A stretch of DNA of 64,000 nt from an uncultured Verrucomicrobiae bacterium (GTDB taxonomy: Bacteria; Verrucomicrobiota; Verrucomicrobiia; Chthoniobacterales; UBA10450), in the NCBI GenBank assembly GCA_963756875.1, contig CAVWPA010000001.1:192001-256000 (forward strand), read 5' to 3'. Within the stretch, counting starts at the first letter, position 1. Every line of letters begins with the position of its first letter. Positions 1 through 9,703 of this stretch are shown here, in pieces. The notes beneath the pieces were generated by a model that saw only the letters and a program-made list of their open reading frames with translations, made no database searches and was not told where the DNA came from. The position numbers and the translations under genes are program-made.

Positions 1-523
1 AATGACCGTCGCGAACCTGGCCGGCGCGCAGCCTCGTCAGCTCACGATTCACCTCGTCCGTGGCGATCGGGCAATGCTCGACATCGATGAGATCGTGAGA
101 GTCGCGGCGAAAATAGCCGATCATGCCGTCCTGCGCGTGAACGGTAATGCGATTGCGATAGGCATACGAAACCGGCGAGGGAATGATTGGCCGCATTGGA
201 ACGTCTTTCAGTTTGCCTATTCGTTGCAAGACGTCTCGAACCTGTCGCCATTTGATGGCGAGCTGGTGTTCGTAGGCAATGTGTTGATACGCGCAGCCGC
301 CGCATCGGCCGAAATAGGGACACGGAGCCTCGACGCGGTCCGGCGATGGTTCGTGAACATCGGCGAGCTCGGCTTCGGCGAACTGTTTTTTTTCGCGAAC
401 GATCCGCGCGGCGACCAGCTCGCCGTCAATGGTGAACGGAACGAAAACGGCCTTGCCGCTTTGCCGGCCGACTCCTTTTCCGCCAAACGCAACGTCCTCG
501 ATTTTCAAATCGACAGTCCGCAT
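1..523 (-). CDS. rlmD: TRAM-domain RNA m5U methyltransferase (RlmD/TrmA family), N-terminal part, runs off the window edge
   Basis: Manual translation from ATG at 523: MRTVDLKIEDVAFGGKGVGR..VFVPFTIDGE..CPYFGRCGGCAYQH (TRAM domain plus Fe-S Cys motif). Not in the ORF track because it is truncated. Confidence 0.85.
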   Translation of the reverse strand, partial: MRTVDLKIEDVAFGGKGVGRQSGKAVFVPFTIDGELVAARIVREKKQFAEAELADVHEPSPDRVEAPCPYFGRCGGCAYQHIAYEHQLAIKWRQVRDVLQRIGKLKDVPMRPIIPSPVSYAYRNRITVHAQDGMIGYFRRDSHDLIDVEHCPIATDEVNRELTRLRAGQVRDGH

Positions 524-629
524 GTTAAGCGATCGGCTTTTGGCGAGAGGCCGCGAGTTGATTTGAGGCAGATTGCACCGAGCAAAAATGTTACTCGCTT
601 TGGTGCGGATTCCGACATTATTTGAATCG

Positions 630-1835
630 ATGGCCTGGCGCATTCATGAACACATCCTTCGTGGTGAGATCGACAATCGCACGCGGGGTTGCGTGACCGG
701 GCGGATCTGGCTTGCGGGTGTGGAACAACCGCTTTTGCTCGAGCTCAATGGCGATTGCCTGCCCGATCTCGCCGGTTGCGAACTCAGCTTCGAAAATCCC
801 GACCCCGTTTCCATGAGTACGAAACCGCCGGCGTTGCGCCAACGCGGTCCGGTCGGGGAAATCACCGCGGCTCGGAAAGTGCGTGTTTTTGACGTGCCGA
901 TCTCGGACGCCATGTCGATGATCAAACGGGGAGAGACGCCGCCTGAACATACGGCGAACGGCGTTTATCTGGAATGGTTCAGTGAATCGAGCGGACACGT
1001 TGTCATCGAAAGTGCGGACTATCGGCTGAAGATTTCCACGCCCACGTGGCGTTTTACCCGTGAGGAGATCGCCGAGCGCGAGCGCCGTGCCGCCGAAGGC
1101 GAGACGCCTTTCGCCATTGCCATCAATAAAAACGGCGAGACGCAACCGTGGGACGAGGCCCGCTACGAACAGTTTCTTCGCGAGAGCGATGCGCTCACTG
1201 AGAAATATGGACGATTGCTGGACAAATACGGAGACGATCCGGAGAGCGAACGGATTATCGCGCGCGAAATGGGATGGAAATGGCTGGAAGAGGCGCTTGC
1301 GGACGATGAAGCGCGCGAGGCTTCGGATGAAAAGATCGATGAATCGGATGATGGAGATGAGGAAGACGACGAAGAAATTGTCGACGAGATCGAAAGTTAC
1401 GAACTGCCACCGCCCGATCCATTGAGAGAAGGAATCGATTGGGTGCGCGATCAACGCGGCCACGTTTGCCATCCAATCAAAAAGCGCGCCGATGTCGCGT
1501 TGCATGCGCTTCTCGATGAGCTTCGAGCGGCAGGACATTTCCCCGATTGTGACGACGAGGAGCTTGGGCAATTTGTGGGCGATTTTATGACCGTCACGGC
1601 CAAGCTGGCGGGCGCATTGGGTGGAGTTGCGCGCGGAGACGAATTCCTGGAGCCCGGGCTGGTAATCGCCTGGCTTAAGCGCATTCTCGAGATTTTGAAT
1701 CGAACTCTTGCCACCAGCGAGGGCCTTGCCGGCAAGCCATTTCTTTCCGCCGAGTCGCTCGAGCGCTATCGATCCGAGCTGTTCGGCATTCGCGAGAATA
1801 TTTTGGAATTAATCGCGCGATTGCGTGCATGCTAG
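630..1835 (+). CDS. Hypothetical protein with acidic central linker
   Basis: Long ORF 573..1835 with protein-like composition; likely start MAWRIHEH at 630; no family recognised. Confidence 0.75.
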   Translation: MAWRIHEHILRGEIDNRTRGCVTGRIWLAGVEQPLLLELNGDCLPDLAGCELSFENPDPVSMSTKPPALRQRGPVGEITAARKVRVFDVPISDAMSMIKRGETPPEHTANGVYLEWFSESSGHVVIESADYRLKISTPTWRFTREEIAERERRAAEGETPFAIAINKNGETQPWDEARYEQFLRESDALTEKYGRLLDKYGDDPESERIIAREMGWKWLEEALADDEAREASDEKIDESDDGDEEDDEEIVDEIESYELPPPDPLREGIDWVRDQRGHVCHPIKKRADVALHALLDELRAAGHFPDCDDEELGQFVGDFMTVTAKLAGALGGVARGDEFLEPGLVIAWLKRILEILNRTLATSEGLAGKPFLSAESLERYRSELFGIRENILELIARLRAC

Positions 1836-2007
1836 ACCGCGGGTATGCCGCCTTACGTGCCCGTCACTCGCTGGATTGCGTCCGGTCGTGCGCAAACTTG
1901 CTTTTGTTTGACCGCGAGACTGGCAAAGGATCAAATGCGAAACCGAACGACGAAACGGTCCGCGAACTAACGAATTCCTTCAGCGGCATTAACTGGCCCA
2001 CCCAACC

Positions 2008-2415
2008 TCAATAATCCCGCACGTACGGATATTTCGATTCGTTGCCGAGTTCGGGCGGAAATTCCGAATAACCTGCGTGGATCCATGGAATGTCGCTCGG
2101 CAAAATCGGATAGTAACTTTGTCGCCACGCCGGGATGGGCCAGAGCGCAATCTCCAGGAAACCGGCGACATGCCGTGTGGCGGCGCGCCCTAAACCGCGC
2201 ACCACGCCGTAACCTGCGGCAGCAGCGTTCCCTTCGTCCGTGTTGATTTTCGCAATCGTGACCGGAATTTCCGCCGGTGCGAGGAAGAAATTTGCCAGTC
2301 CCCGACCAAGTTTGCGCGTTGGGCCGTAGTCGTTCGAAGGAGGATCTTGAATGTCGCCCAGCATCCTGCCGGCAAAACTGAAGGCAATCAGCGCGACGAC
2401 CATTATCTTTTTCAT
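2008..2415 (-). CDS. Exosortase system-associated protein, TIGR04073-like
   Basis: Signal peptide followed by KLGRGLANFFLAPAEIP and Gly-rich helices, characteristic of this family. Confidence 0.7.
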   Translation of the reverse strand: MKKIMVVALIAFSFAGRMLGDIQDPPSNDYGPTRKLGRGLANFFLAPAEIPVTIAKINTDEGNAAAAGYGVVRGLGRAATRHVAGFLEIALWPIPAWRQSYYPILPSDIPWIHAGYSEFPPELGNESKYPYVRDY

Positions 2416-2462
2416 AAGCAGTCAAACAAACTAAACAAAATGTCGGAGATAAAAGCAACACT

Positions 2463-3404
2463 TCATTTAGCACTTAACCCGCCTGCCTTCTCTTGTTTTC
2501 GGCTCGCCATCATCGAAACAATAATTGTTATCGCCAGGATCACGACAATCACGGCCAGCGAGATCAGCGTCGGAATTTGAAATTTGTCGGCGACGATCAT
2601 TTTTATACCCACGAACCCGAGCACAAAGGCGAGCCCGTTCTTGAGGTAGATAAAACGGTCCATCAGTTTTGCGACCAGGAAATAGAGCGAGCGCAATCCG
2701 AGAATGGCGCAGATATTCGAGGTGTACACGATGAAGACGTCCCGGGTAATCGCGAAGACGGCGGGAATGGAATCAACTGCGAAGACCAGGTCCATGACAT
2801 CGATAACGATCAAAACCAGCGCCAGCGGAGTGAGCATCCAGCGGCTATCGATCTTGGCGGTAAAATCTTCGTCGTGAAAATCACCCGTCACGCGCACGAG
2901 CCTCCGGCAAAACCGCATTACGAGCGTGTTTCCAAAATCGCGCTGGCCTTTTTCCCCAAAATACATCCGCCACGCGCTGACCAGCAGAAAAGCGCCGAAA
3001 AAGTACAGAATAAAATCGAACCGCTCGACCAATGCGATCCCCAGCCAAATCATGATGCCGCGCATGAGAAGCGCGCCCAGGATTCCCCAAACCAGGACGC
3101 GATGCTGGGCGATGGGCGGCACGCGAAAATAGGCAAAGATCAAAACAAAGACGAAAATGTTGTCGATACTCAGGGAGTATTCGATGACGTAGCCGGTGAG
3201 GAATTCGAGGCCCTTATCCGGTCCGCGTAATTTCCACACAACCAGATTAAAGAGCAGCGAAAGGAGGACCCAGATGACTGTACGGAATGCCGCTGCGCGC
3301 ATACTCAGGGCGCGGCCGCGCCTCTTAAAGCTGACCAGATCGATCGTAATCGCGATGAAAACGCCCAGGTGAAAGGCGATCCAAAACCAAAGACTCGTCG
3401 TCAC
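2463..3404 (-). CDS. terC: TerC/Alx family integral membrane protein
   Basis: Motifs EYSLSIDNIFVF and DLVFAVDSIPAVFAIT..VYTSNICAILGLRSLYF; probable GTG start at 3404 (the ORF extension upstream runs through a repeat). Confidence 0.9.
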   Translation of the reverse strand: MTTSLWFWIAFHLGVFIAITIDLVSFKRRGRALSMRAAAFRTVIWVLLSLLFNLVVWKLRGPDKGLEFLTGYVIEYSLSIDNIFVFVLIFAYFRVPPIAQHRVLVWGILGALLMRGIMIWLGIALVERFDFILYFFGAFLLVSAWRMYFGEKGQRDFGNTLVMRFCRRLVRVTGDFHDEDFTAKIDSRWMLTPLALVLIVIDVMDLVFAVDSIPAVFAITRDVFIVYTSNICAILGLRSLYFLVAKLMDRFIYLKNGLAFVLGFVGIKMIVADKFQIPTLISLAVIVVILAITIIVSMMASRKQEKAGGLSAK

Positions 3405-3470
3405 CGCGCGTAGAGTTTCATGCGAGCCGTCGAACGGCAAGCACCAACCCTTCCCGTCGAACGGGACGGG

Positions 3471-3605
3471 AAGCACCAAGCACCAAACCGCAAGCTCCAG
3501 AGAATAACCAAATTCCAATCTTCAATACTCGAACACTTACGCTGGATAATTTGGCGCCTGGATATCGGAGCTTCCCTGGAACCTGCAGGTTGGTGCTTGG
3601 TGCTT
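3471..3605. repeat. Heptamer-based inverted repeat element (AAGCACC/AAGCTCC family)
   Basis: Perfect 16-bp terminal inverted arms aagcaccaagcaccaa ... ttggtgcttggtgctt; relatives at 11224-11337 and 21881-22025. Confidence 0.85.
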
Positions 3606-3666
3606 TCTTTGCCCACTTTTTCTCTCGCTAATTCGAGGGTTCATCGTAACTTATTCGAACTCTTTA

Positions 3667-5547
3667 ATGGATCCCGAACTGGAGAAACTCGTCGAAGCCG
3701 GCAAGCTAACTTCGAGCGCCGCCGAAAGACTGAACCAGTTGAAGCCGGGTGCATTTTGCCTGCACAAAAGCTGGGGATTCGGCCGTGTGGCGGAATGGAA
3801 TCTCCTGCTTAACCAAATCGTCATCGATTTTGCAGCAAAGAAAGCCCATTCGATGCAGCTGCAATACGCGGCAGATAGTCTGACTCTGATTCCGCCGGAA
3901 CATTTTCTCGCTCGCAAAGCAACTGACTTGGCGGGCATTAAAAAACGCATGCAGGAAACTCCAGCGGCCGTGGCCCGGAACATTCTCGAAAGCCTCGGCG
4001 GAAAAGCAACCGTCCAGCAAATTAGCGAATGGCTCGTTGGCGATATTTTTTCCGAAGCCGAGTGGAAACGATGGTGGGAATCGACCAAAAAGCTGCTCAA
4101 GAAAGAAGGAACAGTCTTTATTCCTGCGAAAAAGAACGAACTGCTCCAACTTCGCAGCGAGCCGGTTTCCAACGCGGATGAGCTGATCGGATCCTTCCAT
4201 CGTGCCCGGCAGCCCAAGGAACAGACGGAAATTCTCGATCAGATCATCAAGTTGCACGGTGAGTTCAAGGAGCCGGAAAAACAACTGCAGCCGATCGTGG
4301 CCGCGATCGAAACGACGGCGATGCGCAATCAAAAGATACATCCGCAGATTGCCTTCACACTCGTGATCGCTCGCGATGAACTCTTCGAACGCCTCCCTCA
4401 GCTGAGATCGACGATCGTCGGGTTCACGCTCTCGAAACTGATTGCCGAAGAAGAAGGGCGGCTGATGTCGATCCTGCCCAAGCTGTCGGCGGCAAAAGAA
4501 AAGAAAGTTTTACAGGCTCTGCCTGCCGCCCTTGGCGAACTCTGGACAGCATGCGCCTTGAAATTAATGAAGGGAAGTCATGGCCGGATGGTCGCGCAAA
4601 TCCCGCGCATTTTGAGCGAGGCTGGCCAGCACGCGCAACTGCGCACCGTGCTTGAGCGAAGCATCCGCGAACATTCCGCCACGAGCGAGATGCTGACTTG
4701 GTTGTGCAACGAGCGCGACGCGTGGCCTGAATTGATCAATTCAGAACTCCTTGCGGCTATTTTGTCGGCTGTGGAACGGGAGCAACACCAGTCACCCAGT
4801 CGCGCAAGCAAGGCGCAGCGGTTGCTGGTGGAAGATCGGCAATTGATCGCCGACATGTTTGCAAACGAAGACGCAAGCGTGGCCCGCGACGCCGTGCGAA
4901 GGCTTCAACTCAGTCCGTTGTTTGATGAGCTGACGAAACGATCCTTGCTAGCACGGATCGTCAAGCTTTATCCGGAACTCGGATCAATGATCAGCGGCGC
5001 GCAGCGGGAAGAAGGGGCCGCACCATTGGTCGTTTCATGGAGCAGCCTGGACAGGCGCAAGGCCGAATACGAAGAATTGGTGCAAAAGAAAATCCCCGAG
5101 AACACCAAGGAAATTGCGGTCGCGCGTTCTTACGGCGACTTGAGTGAAAATTTCGAGTTCAAGGCCGCGAAACAGATGCAGGCGGTGCTTATGCGGCAAA
5201 AATCCGAACTCGAACAGATGCTGCATCGCGCCCGCGGAACTTCGTTCGAGAATTCGGACACCTCGCGTGTCTCCATCGGAACCGTTGTCACATTGCGCGA
5301 CGTCGATTCGAAAAAAGAAGAGACGTATACCATTCTCGGTGCGTGGGATGGCGATCCCGAGCGTCACGTTATTTCGTATCAAACCGCGATCGCACAGGCA
5401 TTGCTTGGCCATCAGGCCGGCGAAGAGGTGCCTCTCAACACCGATCACGGCAATCGCCGTTGCAAAATTATTTCCGTCGAGGCGGCGCCGGTCGATACGG
5501 CGATATTGGGCGCGGAATTGGTGGGCAGCGCGGTCTCGACGGAGTGA
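3667..5547 (+). CDS. greA: GreA/GreB family elongation factor with long N-terminal extension
   Basis: C-terminal ARSYGDLSENFEFKAAK and ISYQTAIAQALLG motifs; about 450-aa N-terminal region. Confidence 0.85.
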   Translation: MDPELEKLVEAGKLTSSAAERLNQLKPGAFCLHKSWGFGRVAEWNLLLNQIVIDFAAKKAHSMQLQYAADSLTLIPPEHFLARKATDLAGIKKRMQETPAAVARNILESLGGKATVQQISEWLVGDIFSEAEWKRWWESTKKLLKKEGTVFIPAKKNELLQLRSEPVSNADELIGSFHRARQPKEQTEILDQIIKLHGEFKEPEKQLQPIVAAIETTAMRNQKIHPQIAFTLVIARDELFERLPQLRSTIVGFTLSKLIAEEEGRLMSILPKLSAAKEKKVLQALPAALGELWTACALKLMKGSHGRMVAQIPRILSEAGQHAQLRTVLERSIREHSATSEMLTWLCNERDAWPELINSELLAAILSAVEREQHQSPSRASKAQRLLVEDRQLIADMFANEDASVARDAVRRLQLSPLFDELTKRSLLARIVKLYPELGSMISGAQREEGAAPLVVSWSSLDRRKAEYEELVQKKIPENTKEIAVARSYGDLSENFEFKAAKQMQAVLMRQKSELEQMLHRARGTSFENSDTSRVSIGTVVTLRDVDSKKEETYTILGAWDGDPERHVISYQTAIAQALLGHQAGEEVPLNTDHGNRRCKIISVEAAPVDTAILGAELVGSAVSTE

Positions 5548-5750
5548 TCCGGTAACGCTTGCTCGTGTTTCTCGCGCGGCCGGGACAAAACCGCGAGTAG
5601 CAGCCAGATCAACACCAGTGCGACCAAGCTCAGGAGCGCGATAAGGAAAATGCGCTTTGGCGGCAGATGACGATGCTGGATTTTCTTTGCGCTCAGGATG
5701 CACGCTGCGAAAATCAGGACCGCGGCGATGCCGAAATAGATCGCGCTCAC
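5445..5750 (-). CDS. Possible small two-TM membrane protein
   Basis: Two hydrophobic segments separated by a basic loop; 3' end overlaps convergent greA by about 100 nt. Confidence 0.4.
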   Translation of the reverse strand: MSAIYFGIAAVLIFAACILSAKKIQHRHLPPKRIFLIALLSLVALVLIWLLLAVLSRPREKHEQALPDHSVETALPTNSAPNIAVSTGAASTEIILQRRLP

Positions 5751-6000
5751 TGTTAGGCCGATATCGAACCTGTCGGCGAACCAATTTTCAATCCAAATTA
5801 TCGCGGCGTCGGAGTTGCAGCCACGGTCCCGCGGGCCGTTTCGCCAGACTCTATCTGATTTCTGTCGCCGATTGCCTCGTCCGGCTGTTCGGCGTCAACG
5901 CTTCAAGGATTTGCCGGGTCAACGCGCTAGCGTCGCTAGTGTTCATTGATTGTCGGTCTCATACAGAACGCGAGGAACAAATCTCACTCGACGCGTCGCG

Positions 6001-6036
6001 TCCTCCTCTCTCTCAGGGAGAGGATTGAGGTGAGGG
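6001..6036. repeat. CCTCTC..GGGAGAGG..GAGGTGAGGG palindromic repeat remnant
   Basis: tcctcctctctctcagggagaggattgaggtgaggg; related copy at 50283-50323. Confidence 0.55.
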
Positions 6037-6147
6037 CGAGCCCACTGGGCTTCCTAACTGATAATGCCCAACACTACTTTTAGCTTCGGCCTTCGCCAAA
6101 ATCCGCTTGCCATGCAAATCGCAAAGGCCGGATAATCAAGTAACCGC

Positions 6148-6570
6148 ATGAACCACAAGATCCACCATCTCGCTGTTTGGGTGCTCGTCGTTATCCATTT
6201 CTTTATCGGACTGGGATGGTATGCGCTGTTCGGCGAGCAGTGGCTGAATTACAACGCGCGCACCATGACCGATATCGAACAGCCGCATAGCGCGATTCCG
6301 TACCTGATCGCAATCGTGGCGGCGATCTTCGTCAATTATGCGTTCGCCTGGCTCTTCGCAAAATTGCATGTCGCCCATGCCGTCACGGGGCTGAAAATCG
6401 CGCTGATCTGTTGGTTCGCATTTCTCTTTGTGCCATACGCAACCATCTCGGCGTTCTCGGCGTTCGAAACGAATCCGTGGCCACTTGTGCTAATTAATAT
6501 GGGCCGGCCGTTCATCGCTTTCGCCATCAGCGGCATCGTCCTCGGCGCCTGGAGAAGGCGCGAACCGTAA
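6148..6570 (+). CDS. DUF1761-like membrane protein
   Basis: Four TM helices with [12 protein letters not shown] motif. Confidence 0.75.
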   Translation: MNHKIHHLAVWVLVVIHFFIGLGWYALFGEQWLNYNARTMTDIEQPHSAIPYLIAIVAAIFVNYAFAWLFAKLHVAHAVTGLKIALICWFAFLFVPYATISAFSAFETNPWPLVLINMGRPFIAFAISGIVLGAWRRREP

Positions 6571-6596
6571 AGAAATCCAAGTCGAAAGCAAAATTT

Positions 6597-8114
6597 ATGG
6601 AAGATCCGATCCTGGTCGCCCAATCCGACCAGCCGCTTTATCTGCTGCCGAAGATGGCCAACAGGCACGGTCTCATTGCGGGCGCGACCGGCACCGGGAA
6701 AACAGTTACCCTTCAGGCCCTGGCCGAAAATTTCAGCGCGAGAGGCGTGCCGGTGTTCATGGCGGATGTGAAAGGCGATCTCGCCGGGTTGAGTCAGCCG
6801 GGCGGCAACAACCCGAAGATTGTTCAGCGGGCAAAGGAACTCCACATTGCCGATTTCAAGGGCGAAGCCTGTCCGGTTGTTTTTTGGGACGTCTTTGGCG
6901 AGCAGGGCCACCCGGTGCGCGCGACGGTGTCGGAGATGGGGCCCCTTCTTCTCGGGCGGCTTCTTGAGCTGAACGAAACGCAGGAAGGCGTCCTCAATAT
7001 GGTATTCAAGATCGCCGATGAAGGCGGTCTGTTGCTTCTCGATCTCAAAGATCTGCGCTCAATGTTGCAATACGTCGCGGACAATGCCGAACAATTCCAG
7101 ACACAATATGGCAACATCTCTGCCGCCAGCGCGGGCGCGATCCAACGAGGCCTGCTTGCTCTCGAATCGCAGGGCGCGGACAAATTTTTCGGCGAACCGG
7201 CGCTCAACCTGGACGATCTGATTCAGACGCAGAGCGGCAAAGGCACCGTTAATATCCTGGCCGCGGACAAACTGATGCAGCAATCGCCCAAGGTTTACGC
7301 CACGTTTCTGCTCTGGATGCTTTCGGAGTTATTCGAGCGCCTTCCCGAAATCGGCGATCCGGAAAAGCCGAAGCTGGTTTTCTTTTTCGATGAAGCGCAC
7401 CTGCTCTTCGCCGACATCGCGCCCGCTGTCGAACAAAAGATCGAGCAGATGGTCAGATTGATTCGGTCAAAAGGCGTCGGGGTATATTTTTGCAGCCAGA
7501 ATCCGCTCGATATTCCTGACGTGGTGCTCGGACAGCTCGGCAATCGCGTGCAACACGCCTTGCGCGCGTTCACACCGCGCGACCAGAAAGCGGTGCAGGC
7601 CGCGGCGCAAACGTTTCGGCAAAATCCAAAATTGAACGTCGAAACAGTGCTGACCCAGCTCGCAGTAGGCGAGGCCTTGGTCTCGATGCTGGATGAAACC
7701 GGCGCGCCGACGATCGTGGAGCGAGCGAAGATCGTTCCACCGCGCAGTCAGGTCGGCGCAATTACGCCCGAACAACGCAATCAAATCATCAGTTCGTCGA
7801 TATTGGCTGGGCACTACGAAAAGGCCATCGACCGCGAATCCGCTTACGAAAAACTGCAGGCCAGAGCGGGCGAGAAAGCGCAGGTCGCAGGCGCGCCGGC
7901 GGCAACGCCCGGGGCGTCAGTTCCCGAGCCCGCCAAGTCTTCGTTCTTTGAAACGATCGCGTCGGCCTTTCAACCGACAGTCGGCCCGCGGGGCGGCGCG
8001 CACGATTCCGTCGCAGCGTCGATGGCAAAAAGCGCCATGCGCGCCGCCAGCACTCAGATCGGGAGACAAGTCGTGCGCGGACTCCTTGGCGGAATCCTCG
8101 GCGGCCGGCGATAA
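6597..8114 (+). CDS. yjgR: HerA-like/DUF853 P-loop ATPase (YjgR family)
   Basis: [17 protein letters not shown]alker [43 protein letters not shown]. Confidence 0.9.
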   Translation: MEDPILVAQSDQPLYLLPKMANRHGLIAGATGTGKTVTLQALAENFSARGVPVFMADVKGDLAGLSQPGGNNPKIVQRAKELHIADFKGEACPVVFWDVFGEQGHPVRATVSEMGPLLLGRLLELNETQEGVLNMVFKIADEGGLLLLDLKDLRSMLQYVADNAEQFQTQYGNISAASAGAIQRGLLALESQGADKFFGEPALNLDDLIQTQSGKGTVNILAADKLMQQSPKVYATFLLWMLSELFERLPEIGDPEKPKLVFFFDEAHLLFADIAPAVEQKIEQMVRLIRSKGVGVYFCSQNPLDIPDVVLGQLGNRVQHALRAFTPRDQKAVQAAAQTFRQNPKLNVETVLTQLAVGEALVSMLDETGAPTIVERAKIVPPRSQVGAITPEQRNQIISSSILAGHYEKAIDRESAYEKLQARAGEKAQVAGAPAATPGASVPEPAKSSFFETIASAFQPTVGPRGGAHDSVAASMAKSAMRAASTQIGRQVVRGLLGGILGGRR

Positions 8115-8202
8115 CAAACAAACCAGCCAGCCAGGTAGTCCTGCGGCACTCGCCATCGTCCGATTTAACGCTGTAACGGTTTAACCGTTCAACGTTCCCC
8201 AA

Positions 8203-8496
8203 TCACTGCCCCGCCGGTGTGGGTGTGCCAGCGTTGGGTAATTCCTTTTTCTGCGCGTCCGGCGAATCGCATTGGATCGTCACTGTCGATGCCGGCTTAA
8301 GCGTGCCACTGGTCACTGTCGTCGTAGCCGTGCGATTGATCGTCCACATGTCACTCCCAGCTTGCAACGTAATCTGAGTTTTCGTCACGGTGATCACTTT
8401 TCCCGTGATGTGAATCGTTTGCCCAAATGCCACGCCGCAGAAAATGCATCCGGCAGCAATTATACCTATCAAGCTTTTTAGTTTCATGCCTGCCAT
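8203..8496 (-). CDS. Small secreted beta-rich hypothetical protein
   Basis: Signal peptide ending AFG-Q followed by a Thr/Val-rich OB-like stretch (ITGKVITV). Confidence 0.65.
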   Translation of the reverse strand: MAGMKLKSLIGIIAAGCIFCGVAFGQTIHITGKVITVTKTQITLQAGSDMWTINRTATTTVTSGTLKPASTVTIQCDSPDAQKKELPNAGTPTPAGQ

Positions 8497-8558
8497 TAAA
8501 CTCCCGCAATACCGCCAGGTGCAAGCCTTTATCTTCCCGCCACTCGTTAGCCCGGCCC

Positions 8559-8582
8559 TGTAGCGGCGGTCTATGACCGTCG
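8559..8582. repeat. GTAG-type REP palindrome
   Basis: tgtagcggcggtctatgaccgtcg; near-identical inverted copy at 13150-13173. Confidence 0.8.
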
Positions 8583-8656
8583 TATTATTGATTTTGGGAC
8601 GACACTACCCTTCGACGAGGCTACGCTTCGGCAGACGGAGGTCGTCATTCCAAACT

Positions 8657-8710
8657 CTACGCTGTCTGCGGTGGCGGCATTGCATTGATCCCAACTCGCG
8701 CCAGATATTG
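8657..8710 (-). repeat. Diverged copy of the last 18 codons of the ferritin gene
   Basis: Translates QYLARVGINAMPPPQTA* versus ferritin EYLARVGIKTMAEPPAA*; 41/54 nt identical by hand; offset 101 bp. Confidence 0.85.
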
Positions 8711-8757
8711 ACGGCTGCTGTTCTCAGCCGCGGAATGATGGACGCAACGTCACGTTG

Positions 8758-9270
8758 CTACGCCGCCGGCGGCTCGGCCATTGTCTTGATCCCGACGCGC
8801 GCCAGATATTCGTCCGCTTGGAGAAGATCGTTGCCCGCGCGCTCCACGATTTTCAGCAGGTTATCCATCGACGAAACTTCCTCGAGTTGTTCGGTCAGGA
8901 ACCATTGCAAAAAATTGATCGTGATGTGGTCGTTCTGTTTGCAAGCCAATTCGACCAATCCGTTGATTTGCTTGGTGACATGAATTTCCTGGTCGAGCGA
9001 CAGCTTCACTGCGTCTTTGGGGGTCTTGAATTTCGCTTTCGGCGCGTCAATTGCCGGGATCGCCACGCGCCCGCCCGCATCGACCACATATTTCATAAAC
9101 CGTAGCGCGTGCCCTTTTTCTTCCTCGGCCTGCTGAAAGAAATGCCGTGACAATTGCGGCAGCGCCTCGGCCGCGAAATGCGCGGCGATCGCGTAATATT
9201 GCAACTCGGCGCTGAATTCGTACCCGATTTGCTCGTTGATGGCATCGATGACTTTTTGACTGGTTAGCAT
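8758..9270 (-). CDS. ftnA: Non-heme ferritin
   Basis: INEQIGYEF..Y, QAEEEKGHA, QEIHVT, FLQWFLTEQLEE ferroxidase motifs. Confidence 0.9.
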   Translation of the reverse strand: MLTSQKVIDAINEQIGYEFSAELQYYAIAAHFAAEALPQLSRHFFQQAEEEKGHALRFMKYVVDAGGRVAIPAIDAPKAKFKTPKDAVKLSLDQEIHVTKQINGLVELACKQNDHITINFLQWFLTEQLEEVSSMDNLLKIVERAGNDLLQADEYLARVGIKTMAEPPAA

Positions 9271-9361
9271 AGGGAAAACCTACCGCGGTTTACGCGGATG
9301 CAAAACGGATGAATTCCAGTCGACCCGATGCTCGTACGGCATGCGGCGTTCCGCCGCGCCG

Positions 9362-9439
9362 TGCTCGAGTAGGCGACGCCAGAAAGCGAAATGCCCGATG
9401 AGATAAACTCACCGGGCATTTTGTTCTGGCGACGTCCTA
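9362..9439. repeat. Second copy of the 5S 3' end plus terminator hairpin unit
   Basis: Direct repeat of 9527-9603 with about 165-bp period; shares tgctcgagtaggcga, aaatgcccgatg..accgggcatttt and ttctggcgacgtccta. Confidence 0.85.
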
Positions 9440-9547
9440 TTGACTCCTTCGCCTCCCGGCTCAGTCGCCGGCTACCTGCGCCGGCTGGACCGTCTATGTC
9501 GCACGATCCCATCGCGCTCCATTCTCTGCTCGAGTAGGCGATGTCCA

Positions 9548-9587
9548 GAAACGAAAATGCCCGATGGATGAACCACCGGGCATTTTA
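9548..9587 (-). terminator. Intrinsic terminator after 5S rRNA
   Basis: Minus-strand AAAAUGCCCGGUGG-UUCAU-CCAUCGGGCAUUUU followed by CGUUU. Confidence 0.75.
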
Positions 9588-9703
9588 TTCTGGCGACGTC
9601 CTACTCTCGCACGGCCTGTCGCCGTACTACCATCGGGGCTGCAGCGTTTCACTTCCGTGTTCGGAATGGGAACGGGTGGTGCCACTGCGCTAGAGTCACC
9701 AGA
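9588..9703 (-). rRNA. rrf: 5S ribosomal RNA
   Basis: Reverse complement contains CCCGTTCCCATTCCGAACACGGAAGTGAAAC..GATGGTAGT..GAGAGTAGGACGTCGCCAG. Confidence 0.97.

Noticed and set aside
2..625. 207-aa plus-strand ORF
   Set aside because: Antisense shadow of the rlmD-like gene on the minus strand.
3405..3666. yybP-ykoY (Mn) riboswitch expected upstream of terC/alx
   Set aside because: The region is occupied by the heptamer inverted repeat and I could not see riboswitch motifs; an Infernal search would be needed.
8657..8811. DGR template/variable repeat pair
   Set aside because: Mismatches are not adenine-specific (T/C, T/G, G/A, C/G) and there is no reverse transcriptase in the window.
9362..9603. 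CRISPR-like array
   Set aside because: Only two ~77-bp units, derived from the 5S end and terminator; no cas genes.
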